Source of the DNA: Candidatus Paracaedimonas acanthamoebae
GTDB taxonomy: Bacteria > Pseudomonadota > Alphaproteobacteria > Caedimonadales > Caedimonadaceae
Assembly: GCA_000743035.1 (NCBI GenBank)
Contig: CP008937.1
Span: 30,001 to 62,000 of the forward strand
Length of the DNA: 32,000 nucleotides
Reading direction: 5' to 3'
Each line of letters starts with the position of its first letter. Within the stretch, counting starts at the first letter, position 1. The position numbers and the translations under genes are program-made. Below are positions 9,830 to 18,548 of this stretch, one piece after another. The notes beneath the pieces are model-generated. The model saw only the letters and a program-made list of their open reading frames with translations. It did no database searches and had not been told where the DNA came from.

Positions 9830-10140
9830 TTCTGATACTGTGTTTAAGGTCAAGAGCTAATTTTAAGGATTTTCTGATTAAAAGTAGTTTTATGTTTAAG
9901 GGCCCCAAAGCATATATGAAGAAGTTTTCTCATAATATCTTTTATAATTACCATAGTATGCTTTCCTTTTTTCTCTATTTTTTTTACAAAAGGTTGAAGG
10001 AGAGAATTGTAATTTTTAGCTGCAATGGCTGGAAAATAAAGTGATTTTCTTAAAGAGGGAGAACCTCTCTTGGAAAGACAAGATCTCCCTTTAACAGAAG
10101 TCCTTGAGATCCTATGGCATGGGGTAAGCCCATACAACCG
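9830..10140 (-). pseudogene. IS110-family transposase 3' remnant (copy B)
   Basis: The ORF 9850-10137 reads GLTPCHRISRTSVKGRSCLSKRGSPSLRKSLYFPAIAAKNYN...MRKLLHICFGALK, the C-terminal half of an IS110 transposase. The end motif GGTTCTGATACTGTGTT lies at about 9830-9846. It is about 85 percent identical by eye to 11826-12150. Confidence 0.6.
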
Positions 10141-10243
10141 CCTATATTATCAATGGCTTATTAAACCGATCAGTATTAATCCTCTATTAATTTTTTGTTT
10201 GTACAATTAAAGCCGTTATAACTATTGAAAGGTTTATGTAACA

Positions 10244-10774
10244 ATGAAAATTAATCCGATATATACTTTATTACTATTTGGAGCTTCACTCTCATCAATT
10301 AGTAATACTTACGCTTCAGTCACTTCAGGGAGTGAAGAGAGTAAAACACCCTCATTTAATTTTACAAGTACTGCCGCAGCTCAGTCTGCTTTAAGCGGAA
10401 AGAAATTTTGCACAGCGATTGATAGTGAGTTAGGAGGACATTTGCCTCCAAGCGGTACCACTGCGAGCACAAAAACCTACTTTTGTAAAGTAGGCACTGT
10501 ATCAGACGTTACAACCTTAAAAGATAAGGTAGCCACTCTCACAATAAATTCATGCCAAAAAGATGCAGAACACGAGGGTTATCAAAGATGTTTAACTACT
10601 TTTAATCAAATAGACGGATGTACTGGAGATAATGCTGGTCCAGCACATAACAATAAAGCAACTGGGAATGCTACAGTTATTTATAATCCTGTTAATGACT
10701 GCATTGTAAATGCTTTTCCTCCTGCAACTGTTCATAAGACTACAGGCTGCTTGCCCAATTGTCGAGGTTCATAA
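10244..10774 (+). CDS. Small Cys-rich secreted protein (176 aa), unknown family
   Basis: Signal-like N-terminus MKINPIYTLLLFGASLSSISNTYAS. Cysteines are scattered along the mature part. A hairpin terminator follows. Confidence 0.55.
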   Translation: MKINPIYTLLLFGASLSSISNTYASVTSGSEESKTPSFNFTSTAAAQSALSGKKFCTAIDSELGGHLPPSGTTASTKTYFCKVGTVSDVTTLKDKVATLTINSCQKDAEHEGYQRCLTTFNQIDGCTGDNAGPAHNNKATGNATVIYNPVNDCIVNAFPPATVHKTTGCLPNCRGS

Positions 10775-10786
10775 TTACTCTTGATT

Positions 10787-10816
10787 TTAAGGATGCTTTT
10801 AACTAAGCATCCTTAA
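10787..10816. terminator. Bidirectional hairpin between convergent genes
   Basis: TTAAGGATGCTT-ttaact-AAGCATCCTTAA forms a 12-bp perfect stem between the 10774 (+) and 10834 (-) gene ends. Confidence 0.5.
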
Positions 10817-10833
10817 TAACCAGTTAGGCTTAC

Positions 10834-11592
10834 TTATAGGTTTTGTTCCTCTTTTTCTCGCGGTATTAACTTAAGGATTTTGCTTGCTTCCTTGTACCTT
10901 TCAGCTTTCTCTCGGTCGCGGGTTAACGGAACCCCCATTAATGATCCTTCAGATAAAGCTTCCACGTACATTTCATTACCTTCTTCAGATAGTAAGGCTA
11001 AGCGCGCTCCATAAGATTTGACAAATTCTTCTGCCCAATTATAGTTGTTAGTGTAACTATTTAGAGCATCATAAAAACTTTGTAATTGTGGTGCATGAAT
11101 ATTTTGCAAGTCATCATTATGTGAACTTTCATTTATGGCTAGATGCCATAGGGTATTTTTAACTTTAATAAAATTTTCAAAATTATTCTGTCGAACTGAG
11201 AGTTCTTCCAAACTCTTTTCTTCTATTGTGAGATCATAATCTTGGAACTTTTCAGCAATTTTATTCAATTGAGGAATAACAGAAGCCTTTTTGCTCCTTC
11301 CAAGCACGAGAAAAACCTCTTTTATGTCATCAATACTTGTATTAATGATTTTTTGTTCTAATTGCTGATCATTTAATGGAACAAAGCGATGAGAATCTTC
11401 TAATATCTTATGGATAATTTTACATGAACAAGAAAAGTTTCGAAAGTCGTCGTCATATAAATACTCGCTAATCTCTTCAGTCAATTCTTTAGGGATGCCT
11501 AGTAGAGAAAAATCTATTTCTTCGTTAGATGCTTTAAGGATCCCAAAATTCATTAAAATTAAAATGATTGAAAAATAGATTATTTTGCTCAT
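10834..11592 (-). CDS. F-box-like protein with signal-like N-terminus
   Basis: The ATG at 11592 is preceded by AAGGAG; the track start at 11598 is a GTG. The F-box-like motif is IPKELTEEISEYLYDDDFRNFSCSCKIIHKILED. Confidence 0.65.
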   Translation of the reverse strand: MSKIIYFSIILILMNFGILKASNEEIDFSLLGIPKELTEEISEYLYDDDFRNFSCSCKIIHKILEDSHRFVPLNDQQLEQKIINTSIDDIKEVFLVLGRSKKASVIPQLNKIAEKFQDYDLTIEEKSLEELSVRQNNFENFIKVKNTLWHLAINESSHNDDLQNIHAPQLQSFYDALNSYTNNYNWAEEFVKSYGARLALLSEEGNEMYVEALSEGSLMGVPLTRDREKAERYKEASKILKLIPREKEEQNL

Positions 11593-11825
11593 AAACACAC
11601 TCCTTTGACATAACTTAAATAGTATTCCATTTTAAATTTCATAATAGTCCTCATTTTATCTGTTACATATAGGATATGGTAATTAATTTTTATATTTCAA
11701 TAAATGGCCGCATATCTTCAATGGTTGTCTTTCAGCTTTGCGGTAACAGAAAAATTTATCTTAGGAAATAAGAGAACTTTTAAATTTTGGACATAGTTGG
11801 GGTGTAGATATTAAAAATATGGGGT

Positions 11826-12150
11826 TGTGATACTGTGTTAAAGATCAAGGGATATTTTTAAGGATTTGAGGGTTAAAAGCTGTTTTATATTTCAGACCCC
11901 AAAGCATATATGGAGAAGCTTTCTCATAATCGCTCCAATAATCACCATGGTATGCTTCCTTTTTTCTCTCATTTTCGTGCATACTGTTGAAGCATAGGAT
12001 TGTAATTTTTAGCTGTAATGGCTGGAAAATAAAGCGCTTTCCTTAAAGAGGGAGAACCTATTTTGGAAAGACAAGATCTTCCTTTAAGAGAAGTTCCTGA
12101 GGTCCTATGGGACGGTGTAAGCCCCGCATAAGCAGCCAATTGCCGAGCAT
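11826..12150 (-). pseudogene. IS110-family transposase 3' remnant (copy C), frame-disrupted
   Basis: It aligns by eye to copy B, sharing GATACTGTGTTAAAGATCAAGG and GGCTGGAAAATAAAG...GGAAAGACAAGATCT. There is no intact ORF. Confidence 0.55.
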
Positions 12151-12215
12151 TTTGGCCTAATGTGTACGTCCAGTCCTTTTTGGGACAAGATTATTCTTCT
12201 TTTATTATCGTAGTT

Positions 12216-12542
12216 GGGGTATCAGCCCCATCCATGTGAAAAGGTACGGTTTAGAACTTCATTAGAATAAAAGGCAAGAAAAGGATCTTATTCTTGCCTG
12301 TTCCACAAAGGAAGCTACTTTAAATGTTTTGCAACGCTTTTAAGGTAAATACCCTCAGGTAATAAATTTAAATTAATATATCGTAGCTACTCAAGAGTTA
12401 TTTGACTATGGACACAATATAAAGATAAATCATGCACATACCTTATTTTTAAATTGATGCTTGCATATGGGTGAAAAAGTACATTTTAACCTAAGGATAC
12501 TTCCAAGAAAGTACCTTTTCACATGGATGGGGCTGATACCCC
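12216..12542. mobile_element. Miniature inverted-repeat element (327 bp) with perfect 32-bp Tn3-like terminal IRs
   Basis: GGGGTATCAGCCCCATCCATGTGAAAAGGTAC at 12216-12247 has its exact reverse complement at 12511-12542. The interior is non-coding. Confidence 0.6.
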
Positions 12543-12606
12543 ATTAGGCCAATTACAATCAATTATGATTGACTATATAAAATAGCTTTATAATCAATAT
12601 TTATTC

Positions 12607-12912
12607 TTAAATTAGAGGATTCTTTCGTACGCTCATCTTAATGGCGGCTTCACTTTTTTGTTTTGCTATATAAAGATCATATTCTAACTGTAATTCAAGC
12701 CAAAAGCGCGGTGTTGTCCCAAAATATCTTGCAAGTCGAAGAGCGGTGTCTGCTGTAATCGAACGACGATTATTTAGGATATAATTAATCCTATCAGCTG
12801 TTACATCAAGGTCTCGAGCTAGTTTATTTTGGCTTAAACCATTAGGAATCATGAATTTACGCTCTAAGTAAGCACCAGGAGATTCTGGAGCAGTATTGAG
12901 ATTTGTTTCCAT
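12607..12912 (-). CDS. higA: HigA-family antitoxin / XRE-type HTH regulator (101 aa), no partner toxin visible
   Basis: PGAYLERKFMIPNGLSQNKLARDLDVTADRINYILNNRRSITADTALRLARYFGTTPRFWLELQLEYDL matches the HigA antidote family pattern. Confidence 0.8.
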   Translation of the reverse strand: METNLNTAPESPGAYLERKFMIPNGLSQNKLARDLDVTADRINYILNNRRSITADTALRLARYFGTTPRFWLELQLEYDLYIAKQKSEAAIKMSVRKNPLI

Positions 12913-12946
12913 ATCTTATGACCAGTTTGCTATTTGCTAACACCCA

Positions 12947-12975
12947 ATAGTAGATAGTTAAAGGTAAGATGTCAA
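12947..12975 (-). promoter_or_regulatory. Near-consensus sigma70-type promoter for higA
   Basis: The minus strand reads TTGACA (12975-12970), then 17 nt, then TACTAT (12952-12947), about 35 nt upstream of the higA ATG. Confidence 0.35.
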
Positions 12976-13112
12976 CAGATAGGTAATAAAAATTATACCT
13001 AAGTATATTTTACTCATAGTTATAAGCTTTCTTCCCTCTTAAAGTTTTAATTGCTGCCTAATTGATAGTTAATAAAGGGGCAACCAAACATTCATCACTA
13101 AGGAGGGTTTAA

Positions 13113-14249
13113 ATGCGTGTAAGGGAATTATTTTTAGCTTTTATATTGTTTTCTATAAGTGTGGCGCCTAGCTATGCTAGTCATCAAAGGAGCAGAGATT
13201 TTGAATGGTACGAAGAAAAGCCAGTTAAACCAACAATTCTTGTTCATCGAACTATCTATACGCCACCTGCTGTTTGCCAGGTAGAAGTCTTCAAAAAATC
13301 ATGTGGAACAAATCAACGCTGTAAAGAGCAAAAAGAAGCTTGTGGAGATAAATTTTCAGAAGAATTTACAGACTCTCTTTTAGCAGTACAAACTAGGCTC
13401 GGTCAGGTCACTATCCATGATGGTAAATATAGTGGCAACAGAGGAATTGATGATCTCAGAAGCGTACAAACAGCGGGTATATCTTATGTAATACCGACAG
13501 AGAACAAAGCAGATACTGCAAGATTAAATAGAAAAATTAATCAACATAGTGTGCAGGCGAATAGGTCAATTATTACAAAGCTTTCTAATAGTAAGAAGAT
13601 TACATCTCAACAACAGGATCAATTTAAAGAAGATATTCAAGCTGGTCGTATGATTAGAGGCTATTCTCATGTTGCTTTAAAGCCTGTTAATCATAACACA
13701 TTTATGTTTAATCAATCTTATGGAGTTGTCTTCTCTGAAACCCCTGAATTAAGAGAAAAAGAAGAGCAAAGCTATTGTAGGACTTTACATGCTCAGCTTA
13801 TGGCAGAAGCTGAAAAACCCGGAGTTAAAGCTACACTAGCTTTGATGAGCCTTAATGGAACATGCCCATATTATGCGTCTCAAATACTGCAGCAACCAGA
13901 AAATACGAATTATTCCTCTATTCAAAGAACGAATTATTTACCATTAAGCAATCATAGGCGGTCGGTTGTTAGAGTTAGACCTAGGGCTAGCTCCTATAAC
14001 GATGACGAGCAAGTATGTTATAATGTTCCATATAGACAACAGAGAGTAAGCGAGTTTACAAAGCACTTAATTAGCAGAGGACATACTAAAGCATCTATAG
14101 CAAGAAGGACTCTTGTAACAGATGCAATTATAACGAGTATAATAGACAAACCAAACTATACTCCAAGAAACTACAATTTGACTGACATTTGGGAATCGTT
14201 CCAACAAAAATATCAAGATGAATTCAACAAATGGGCTTCTAGATTATAA
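13113..14249 (+). CDS. Hypothetical secreted protein (378 aa)
   Basis: AAGGAGG RBS. Signal-like N-terminus MRVRELFLAFILFSISVAPSYAS. No family recognised. Confidence 0.55.
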   Translation: MRVRELFLAFILFSISVAPSYASHQRSRDFEWYEEKPVKPTILVHRTIYTPPAVCQVEVFKKSCGTNQRCKEQKEACGDKFSEEFTDSLLAVQTRLGQVTIHDGKYSGNRGIDDLRSVQTAGISYVIPTENKADTARLNRKINQHSVQANRSIITKLSNSKKITSQQQDQFKEDIQAGRMIRGYSHVALKPVNHNTFMFNQSYGVVFSETPELREKEEQSYCRTLHAQLMAEAEKPGVKATLALMSLNGTCPYYASQILQQPENTNYSSIQRTNYLPLSNHRRSVVRVRPRASSYNDDEQVCYNVPYRQQRVSEFTKHLISRGHTKASIARRTLVTDAIITSIIDKPNYTPRNYNLTDIWESFQQKYQDEFNKWASRL

Positions 14250-14266
14250 GAAGATTAGTTCTTAGA

Positions 14267-14291
14267 AAGGCTGCCGTTATCAGGCAGCCTT
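14267..14291 (+). terminator. Hairpin after the 378-aa ORF
   Basis: AAGGCTGCC-gttatca-GGCAGCCTT forms a 9-bp stem. There is no strong T-tract. Confidence 0.4.
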
Positions 14292-14480
14292 ATACTAAAC
14301 TTTAAAGGAAATCATTTATTTTTAATGAGATAAGCATAAAAATTTTCCATAATCTTAAAATATAACATTTGTAAGTATAACAAGCTATTATTTAAAATAA
14401 ACCATTTAACTTACCTACTCATAAAAAAAGAGTGTTCTATTAAAAACGCTCTAAAATGTCGTAGGTCGCTTATAGGCGGA

Positions 14481-14520
14481 AGCTTTTACCCCTTAATAAT
14501 CCTTGATCCTTAACACACAC
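14481..14520 (+). repeat. Solo degenerate IS110-type element end
   Basis: GCTTTTACCCCTTAATAATCCTTGATCCTTAACACACAC resembles the reverse complement of the 11826-11880 end (…CCCTTGATCTTTAACACAGTATC). Confidence 0.3.
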
Positions 14521-14623
14521 AACCTTACTTCCTTTCAGTTCTGCTGCGTATAAGCCCTTGCAGTGAAGGCAAGTAACCTTTACTCTATAAGATCTTCAAC
14601 TTTATTGGAAGGAAACAAATAAT

Positions 14624-15121
14624 ATGCGTGTTTCAATCAATGTTTTGATATCATCGGTTACTCTAATGACTGTCACTTCTACTCAGATTCAAGCAAGAAT
14701 CCTCTTAGAGAAAGATGACCAAGCAACAAGCAGACGAATCATTAATTATAAAGTTGAGTGCTTAGAACAAGGATATAGAGTTACTGAAGATTATATGACA
14801 GGAAGCAGAAGAATTGTAACGGTTGTGCCTGGCTTACTCTCTAAAGATCAAACCATCCATCGCGATCATAGCGAATCAACTTATCTCATTGGGGCCATGT
14901 ATTTACCTGTAAAGCCTCTTTCTAAAGAAGCCCGCGAACAGCAGGATGAGCATCTAAGCAAGGACTTTCACCCAAAAGGATTAAAAAAATGGTTAGGACA
15001 TGCTCGCGAATTTAAGCGCACAGGAAGAATGCCTTCTAAAAATAAAAAGATTTTACTTATTCCTTTTTATGATGGGCTCGACAGCCAAGAGAGCGATATG
15101 TCAGTTGATTGGGGTCTATAA
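14624..15121 (+). CDS. Hypothetical protein with signal-like N-terminus (165 aa)
   Basis: The N-terminus MRVSINVLISSVTLMTVTSTQIQA is signal-like. A palindrome AAGGCCAGTGGCCTT lies about 50 bp downstream. No family recognised. Confidence 0.5.
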   Translation: MRVSINVLISSVTLMTVTSTQIQARILLEKDDQATSRRIINYKVECLEQGYRVTEDYMTGSRRIVTVVPGLLSKDQTIHRDHSESTYLIGAMYLPVKPLSKEAREQQDEHLSKDFHPKGLKKWLGHAREFKRTGRMPSKNKKILLIPFYDGLDSQESDMSVDWGL

Positions 15122-15309
15122 ATGAAGCTAGGGGTGGCTCAATCAAGGCCTATTGCTTAATTGAAGCTCAAAGGCCAGTGGCCTTATATGTGGCCTAAAT
15201 CAATCTAACAATGTAAGCCAGTATTAATGGTATGGACCTGCCTTGTTGGTCTCAATAAGCTGAGGCATGCACGAGCTCATAGGCTCAAAAACAACAAAAG
15301 GAGGTCCAC

Positions 15310-16341
15310 ATGGAAATAAAAGCATTAGGAATTGATCTTGGCAAGAACTGGTTTCATCTTCACGGGATTGATAAAAGAGGAAAGCCTGTGCTTCAGAAAA
15401 AAGTCAGTAGAGAAAAATTACCGATCGTTATCGCCAATCTTCCTGGTTGCTTAATTGGAATGGAAGCTTGTGCGGGCGCTCATTTTTGGGCTAGATGCTT
15501 TCAACAGATGGGGCATGAAGTCAAGCTCATAGCGCCTCAATTTGTTAAACCTTATGTAAAGAGCAATAAGAACGATCAAGCAGATGCAGCGGCTATATCT
15601 GAAGCTGTCACCCGCTCTCATATGAGATTTGTCCCTATAAAATCTTCTGCTCAACAAGAGATATTAGCTATCCATCGCGTTCGTGAGCGTCTTGTACGGG
15701 TAAAAACAGCTTTAACCAATGAGATTCGAGGGTTACTTTTAGAACAAGGAATTACAATTCCTCAGGGAGTCAGCAAGTTTGAACAATTTTTAGCAAATCT
15801 ACTAGATCCTGAAATTGAAGAACTCAGTCCTCTTTTTAAAGGCCTTTTAGGGGAACTCGTTGAAGAATTCAAGCTTGCTAAAGGAAGAGTAAAGAGACTT
15901 GAAGAACGTCTCCAGCGACTTGGGAAGGAAGACAAAGCCGTACAGCGACTAATGACGATTCCTGGAGTTGGCCCCATAGGAGCTTCTGCTCTTGTTGGAT
16001 CAATTGGAGATATTCGACAATTTAAAAATGGTAGAGAGTTATCTGCCTGGCTTGGGCTTGTGCCAAGGCAACATTCAACAGGAGGTAAACCTCGACTTTT
16101 AGGAATTAGTAAAAGAGGAGATTTATATTTACGAACACTTCTTATTCATGGAGCTCGGGCTGTTATAAGATGGATTAGCCAACGTGAAAAACCTGTATCT
16201 TCTCTGGAGAAATGGGTCTTGGATATTATTGAACGGCGAGGAATAAACCGAGCAATAGTTGCGCTCGCCAATAAAATAGGGCGAATGATTTGGGCTCTTC
16301 TTGCAAAAGAAGAAAACTATAGAATGCATGCAACTGTATAA
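15310..16341 (+). CDS. IS110-family (DEDD) transposase, 343 aa
   Basis: AAAGGAGG RBS. The N-terminus is ALGIDLGKNWFHLHGID. The C-terminal module reads RLMTIPGVGPIGASALVGSIGDIRQFKNGRELSAWLGLVPRQHSTGGKPRLLGISKRGDLYLRTLLIHGA. Confidence 0.9.
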   Translation: MEIKALGIDLGKNWFHLHGIDKRGKPVLQKKVSREKLPIVIANLPGCLIGMEACAGAHFWARCFQQMGHEVKLIAPQFVKPYVKSNKNDQADAAAISEAVTRSHMRFVPIKSSAQQEILAIHRVRERLVRVKTALTNEIRGLLLEQGITIPQGVSKFEQFLANLLDPEIEELSPLFKGLLGELVEEFKLAKGRVKRLEERLQRLGKEDKAVQRLMTIPGVGPIGASALVGSIGDIRQFKNGRELSAWLGLVPRQHSTGGKPRLLGISKRGDLYLRTLLIHGARAVIRWISQREKPVSSLEKWVLDIIERRGINRAIVALANKIGRMIWALLAKEENYRMHATV

Positions 16342-16601
16342 TTTAGAAGAGTTTCGTATCTGAAGAAAGGCCATAGGAGAGAAAAATTGATGGTGAGTAT
16401 CGGTCAAACCACTTTGAGAAAAATCCGCATTACATTGAGGCTCTTGGAAGCCGAAGTATTGATAGGGATTTTTCAAAGGCGGATTTCCATCAGGGCTAGA
16501 GGGGAAAATACCCTATCATTAAGCCGTATACATAACTGCAGCCGATTTTCTTTCATCAATTATTTTTTTCAAAAAGCCTTGATTCAGTCGGCAGGTCCAT
16601 A
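16342..16601 (+). ncRNA. Candidate 3' guide RNA (seekRNA / bridge RNA) of the IS1111-like element
   Basis: About 260 nt of non-coding sequence lies between the transposase stop and the right subterminal IR. An 8-bp stem pairs AAATCCGC (16421-16428) with GCGGATTT (16479-16486). The position matches what is known for the IS1111 group. No guide matches were verified. Confidence 0.3.
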
Positions 16602-17029
16602 CATTATGTAATAGATTGCGGTAAAGAATAAAACAAACCCAATTTTCCATTATATTCTGCTGCTTTCAATGGCTTAGACGCTTAAGGGTCGATTAAGGTA
16701 TTTTCCAGGCTTATTCTTGCTAAAATAAATCCAAATTCTAGAGCATGTTAATATTTTCTGGCCTTTGCTCTAAGTCAATAATGATGTCTCCAAACCTTTT
16801 AATATGCCTGTTATATAAGGGCTAATTCGTGAGAGATCTTCCTTTGTAAGAATAATGCGTTCCTTTTTCAGCATTTTCATTTTAAAGAAATATTTTTACC
16901 CTCAACAAAACTGAAAACTGTCAACAGGTTATAAGTTAACTCCTTAGGGTAGTTTGGGGAAGGCACTTAGTACTTTAAAGCCTAAAATCGCCCCTCAGCT
17001 TTTTTTTATGAGTTAGTTACTTTTTGCTC

Positions 17030-18487
17030 TCAACCTATTTCATCACCTTTAGAAGCTGCACGAGGTGTAATTGTAAATTCTAAGGGGGAGCCCTCTATAC
17101 TATTTCCAGCTGTTACTAATATCCCTCTTTCTGTATGAAACCGCGCTGTTAATAATCCACTGTTAAGCGTAGAGAAAATCGCCTTATTAGTTTCTTTAGT
17201 CTTGTAGTTAGCTTTTTCTTGTTCTTTAAGCGCATAATCAACATTATGCCTTGGTGTATCTTTAATGATACGAGGAGAATTTCTAAAAGTTGTGTAAGCT
17301 TGTTTATAAGGATGTCCTTGTGAGCGCCCATTACTAATAAAAACTATTCTTGGTCTTACAATGGTGTGAATCCACTCAGGATGGTTAGACTCATGGGTTG
17401 CGGAGCCATGATGAGCTGCAAGATAAACATCAGTTTTTAAAAAATTCTTTAATGTTTTTGTATGCAAAAAACGGCGATAATTATCATAAATTCTTTTATT
17501 CGTCTGTCCTGTTGCATCTCCTGTAAGCATTATAGAGAAGCCTGTAGGAATATTAACAATTTTTAGGACTAAGCTATCAGTATTAGGATCATCAGTAATC
17601 CTAAATGTTGAAGTCTGGGAAGACTCTAAGGTTAAAGGAGCACCTGAAAAGTGGGTCGGATTAACAGATAAAAGATAGATCTTAAAAGCTTGTCTGAAGC
17701 TAAAAGCTGCTTCTAATTCTTCAAAGGAATGACCTAAATTATCTTGTGGGGATGGCGTTTGTAAATGGCTGATAGGGAAAGAATATGCTTGAGGGGCAAG
17801 CTTATTTTCTGCTTGTAATTGCTTCGATAAACTTAGGACTTCTTCCCATAAATTAAGATCAAGGGCTCCAAAGCTGAGTGCTGGAATATAAAGCTTAAAT
17901 CCTTTGCAATTAAGTTGATAGTTAAGCCATTCTTCATCAAGAGCGTATTCTTCAGGCATTCCTCCAAGAACAAGATTTTCAATGGTATATTTATGCCGCC
18001 TTACTAGATCAATAAGGCAATTTGTGTGGTCAATATCTCCATGGGTGAGTAACACAGTTTTTATTTTTTGGCTAGCAGCAGGCCCTTTGAAAAGGATTTC
18101 ACTAATATCACGAATACATTCTTCTTTAAATGTTTTAGATGGTATTTTAGTGCTTTCACTCTCTTTAAGCTTAGCCAAGAGCTCAGAAGGAGATTCAATA
18201 GAGGATTTTGGCTTACTTGGTTTTTTTTTGGGCTTCTTTGCGGCAAGAGATAATGTCGCCTCTCTTACAAGAGCTTCTCTAATTATACTCTCATTTTTGA
18301 TCGAAGTTGTTCCAAGGTCAACAATCATTACTTCATCCTGAAATTCAACAGTTACACAGTTTCCTTGACCCACAGGATGAACCCTTACAACACATTCATC
18401 CTCTAAAATACTAGAGCTAGCTTGTGTTTTTATTGAGATGCTTAAGCATAAGCAATAAGCTATAATAAAAGTCTTAAATATTTTCAT
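17030..18487 (-). CDS. Secreted metallo-beta-lactamase-fold hydrolase, ComEC C-terminal-domain type (485 aa)
   Basis: Signal-like N-terminus. VHPVGQGNCVTVEF...MIVDLGT, the metal motif LLTHGDIDHTN (H-x-D-x-DH) and YLAAHHGSATHESN are present. A Lys/Ser-rich insert (AAKKPKKKPSKPKSS) follows the first strand pair. Confidence 0.7.
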   Translation of the reverse strand: MKIFKTFIIAYCLCLSISIKTQASSSILEDECVVRVHPVGQGNCVTVEFQDEVMIVDLGTTSIKNESIIREALVREATLSLAAKKPKKKPSKPKSSIESPSELLAKLKESESTKIPSKTFKEECIRDISEILFKGPAASQKIKTVLLTHGDIDHTNCLIDLVRRHKYTIENLVLGGMPEEYALDEEWLNYQLNCKGFKLYIPALSFGALDLNLWEEVLSLSKQLQAENKLAPQAYSFPISHLQTPSPQDNLGHSFEELEAAFSFRQAFKIYLLSVNPTHFSGAPLTLESSQTSTFRITDDPNTDSLVLKIVNIPTGFSIMLTGDATGQTNKRIYDNYRRFLHTKTLKNFLKTDVYLAAHHGSATHESNHPEWIHTIVRPRIVFISNGRSQGHPYKQAYTTFRNSPRIIKDTPRHNVDYALKEQEKANYKTKETNKAIFSTLNSGLLTARFHTERGILVTAGNSIEGSPLEFTITPRAASKGDEIG

Positions 18488-18548
18488 GGAGTCCCTAATT
18501 TATGTGTATGAAAGATATATAAGAGCTATTTTATTATATTCAATAAAC

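Larger units (their letters stand above)
15201..16618 (+). mobile_element. Intact IS110-family element, IS1111-like architecture (subterminal IRs, long 3' non-coding end)
   Basis: Subterminal IRs are TATGGACCTGCC (15231-15242) and GGCAGGTCCATA (16590-16601). Imperfect outer matches are CAATCTA...ATG on both sides. The outer limits are approximate. Confidence 0.65.

Noticed and set aside
12152-12552. Additional 11-bp inverted pair TTGGCCTAATG / CATTAGGCCAA flanking the 327-bp miniature element
   Set aside because: The pair is short enough to be chance in AT-rich DNA. The left arm lies about 54 bp from the 32-bp IR, whereas the right arm overlaps its last base, so the arms are asymmetric. I cannot tell whether it marks a larger element.
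12913-13112. Search for a HigB/RelE toxin ORF next to higA
   Set aside because: Only a 19-codon ORF is present on the minus strand. Nothing of toxin size or composition was found on either strand.
15451-15977. Minus-strand ORFs 15451-15657 and 15762-15977
   Set aside because: They are antisense within the intact IS110-family transposase gene, with Ser/Arg-rich shadow translations.
16129-16611. ORFs 16129-16476 (-) and 16387-16611 (+) downstream of the IS110-family transposase
   Set aside because: One overlaps the transposase 3' end antisense. The other lies in the non-coding element end, with no RBS and an implausible composition. The region is better explained as the structured non-coding end of the IS.
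16650-16878. 36-codon minus-strand ORF MKMLKKERIILTKEDLSRISPYITGILKGLE…, followed in other frames by RPENINML and LEFGFILARIS; possible decayed IS5/IS427-type orfA
   Set aside because: It is too short and frame-broken to call. The similarity (LT.E.w.rI.P…, GRP…L.gIlyvLrtG) is only suggestive.
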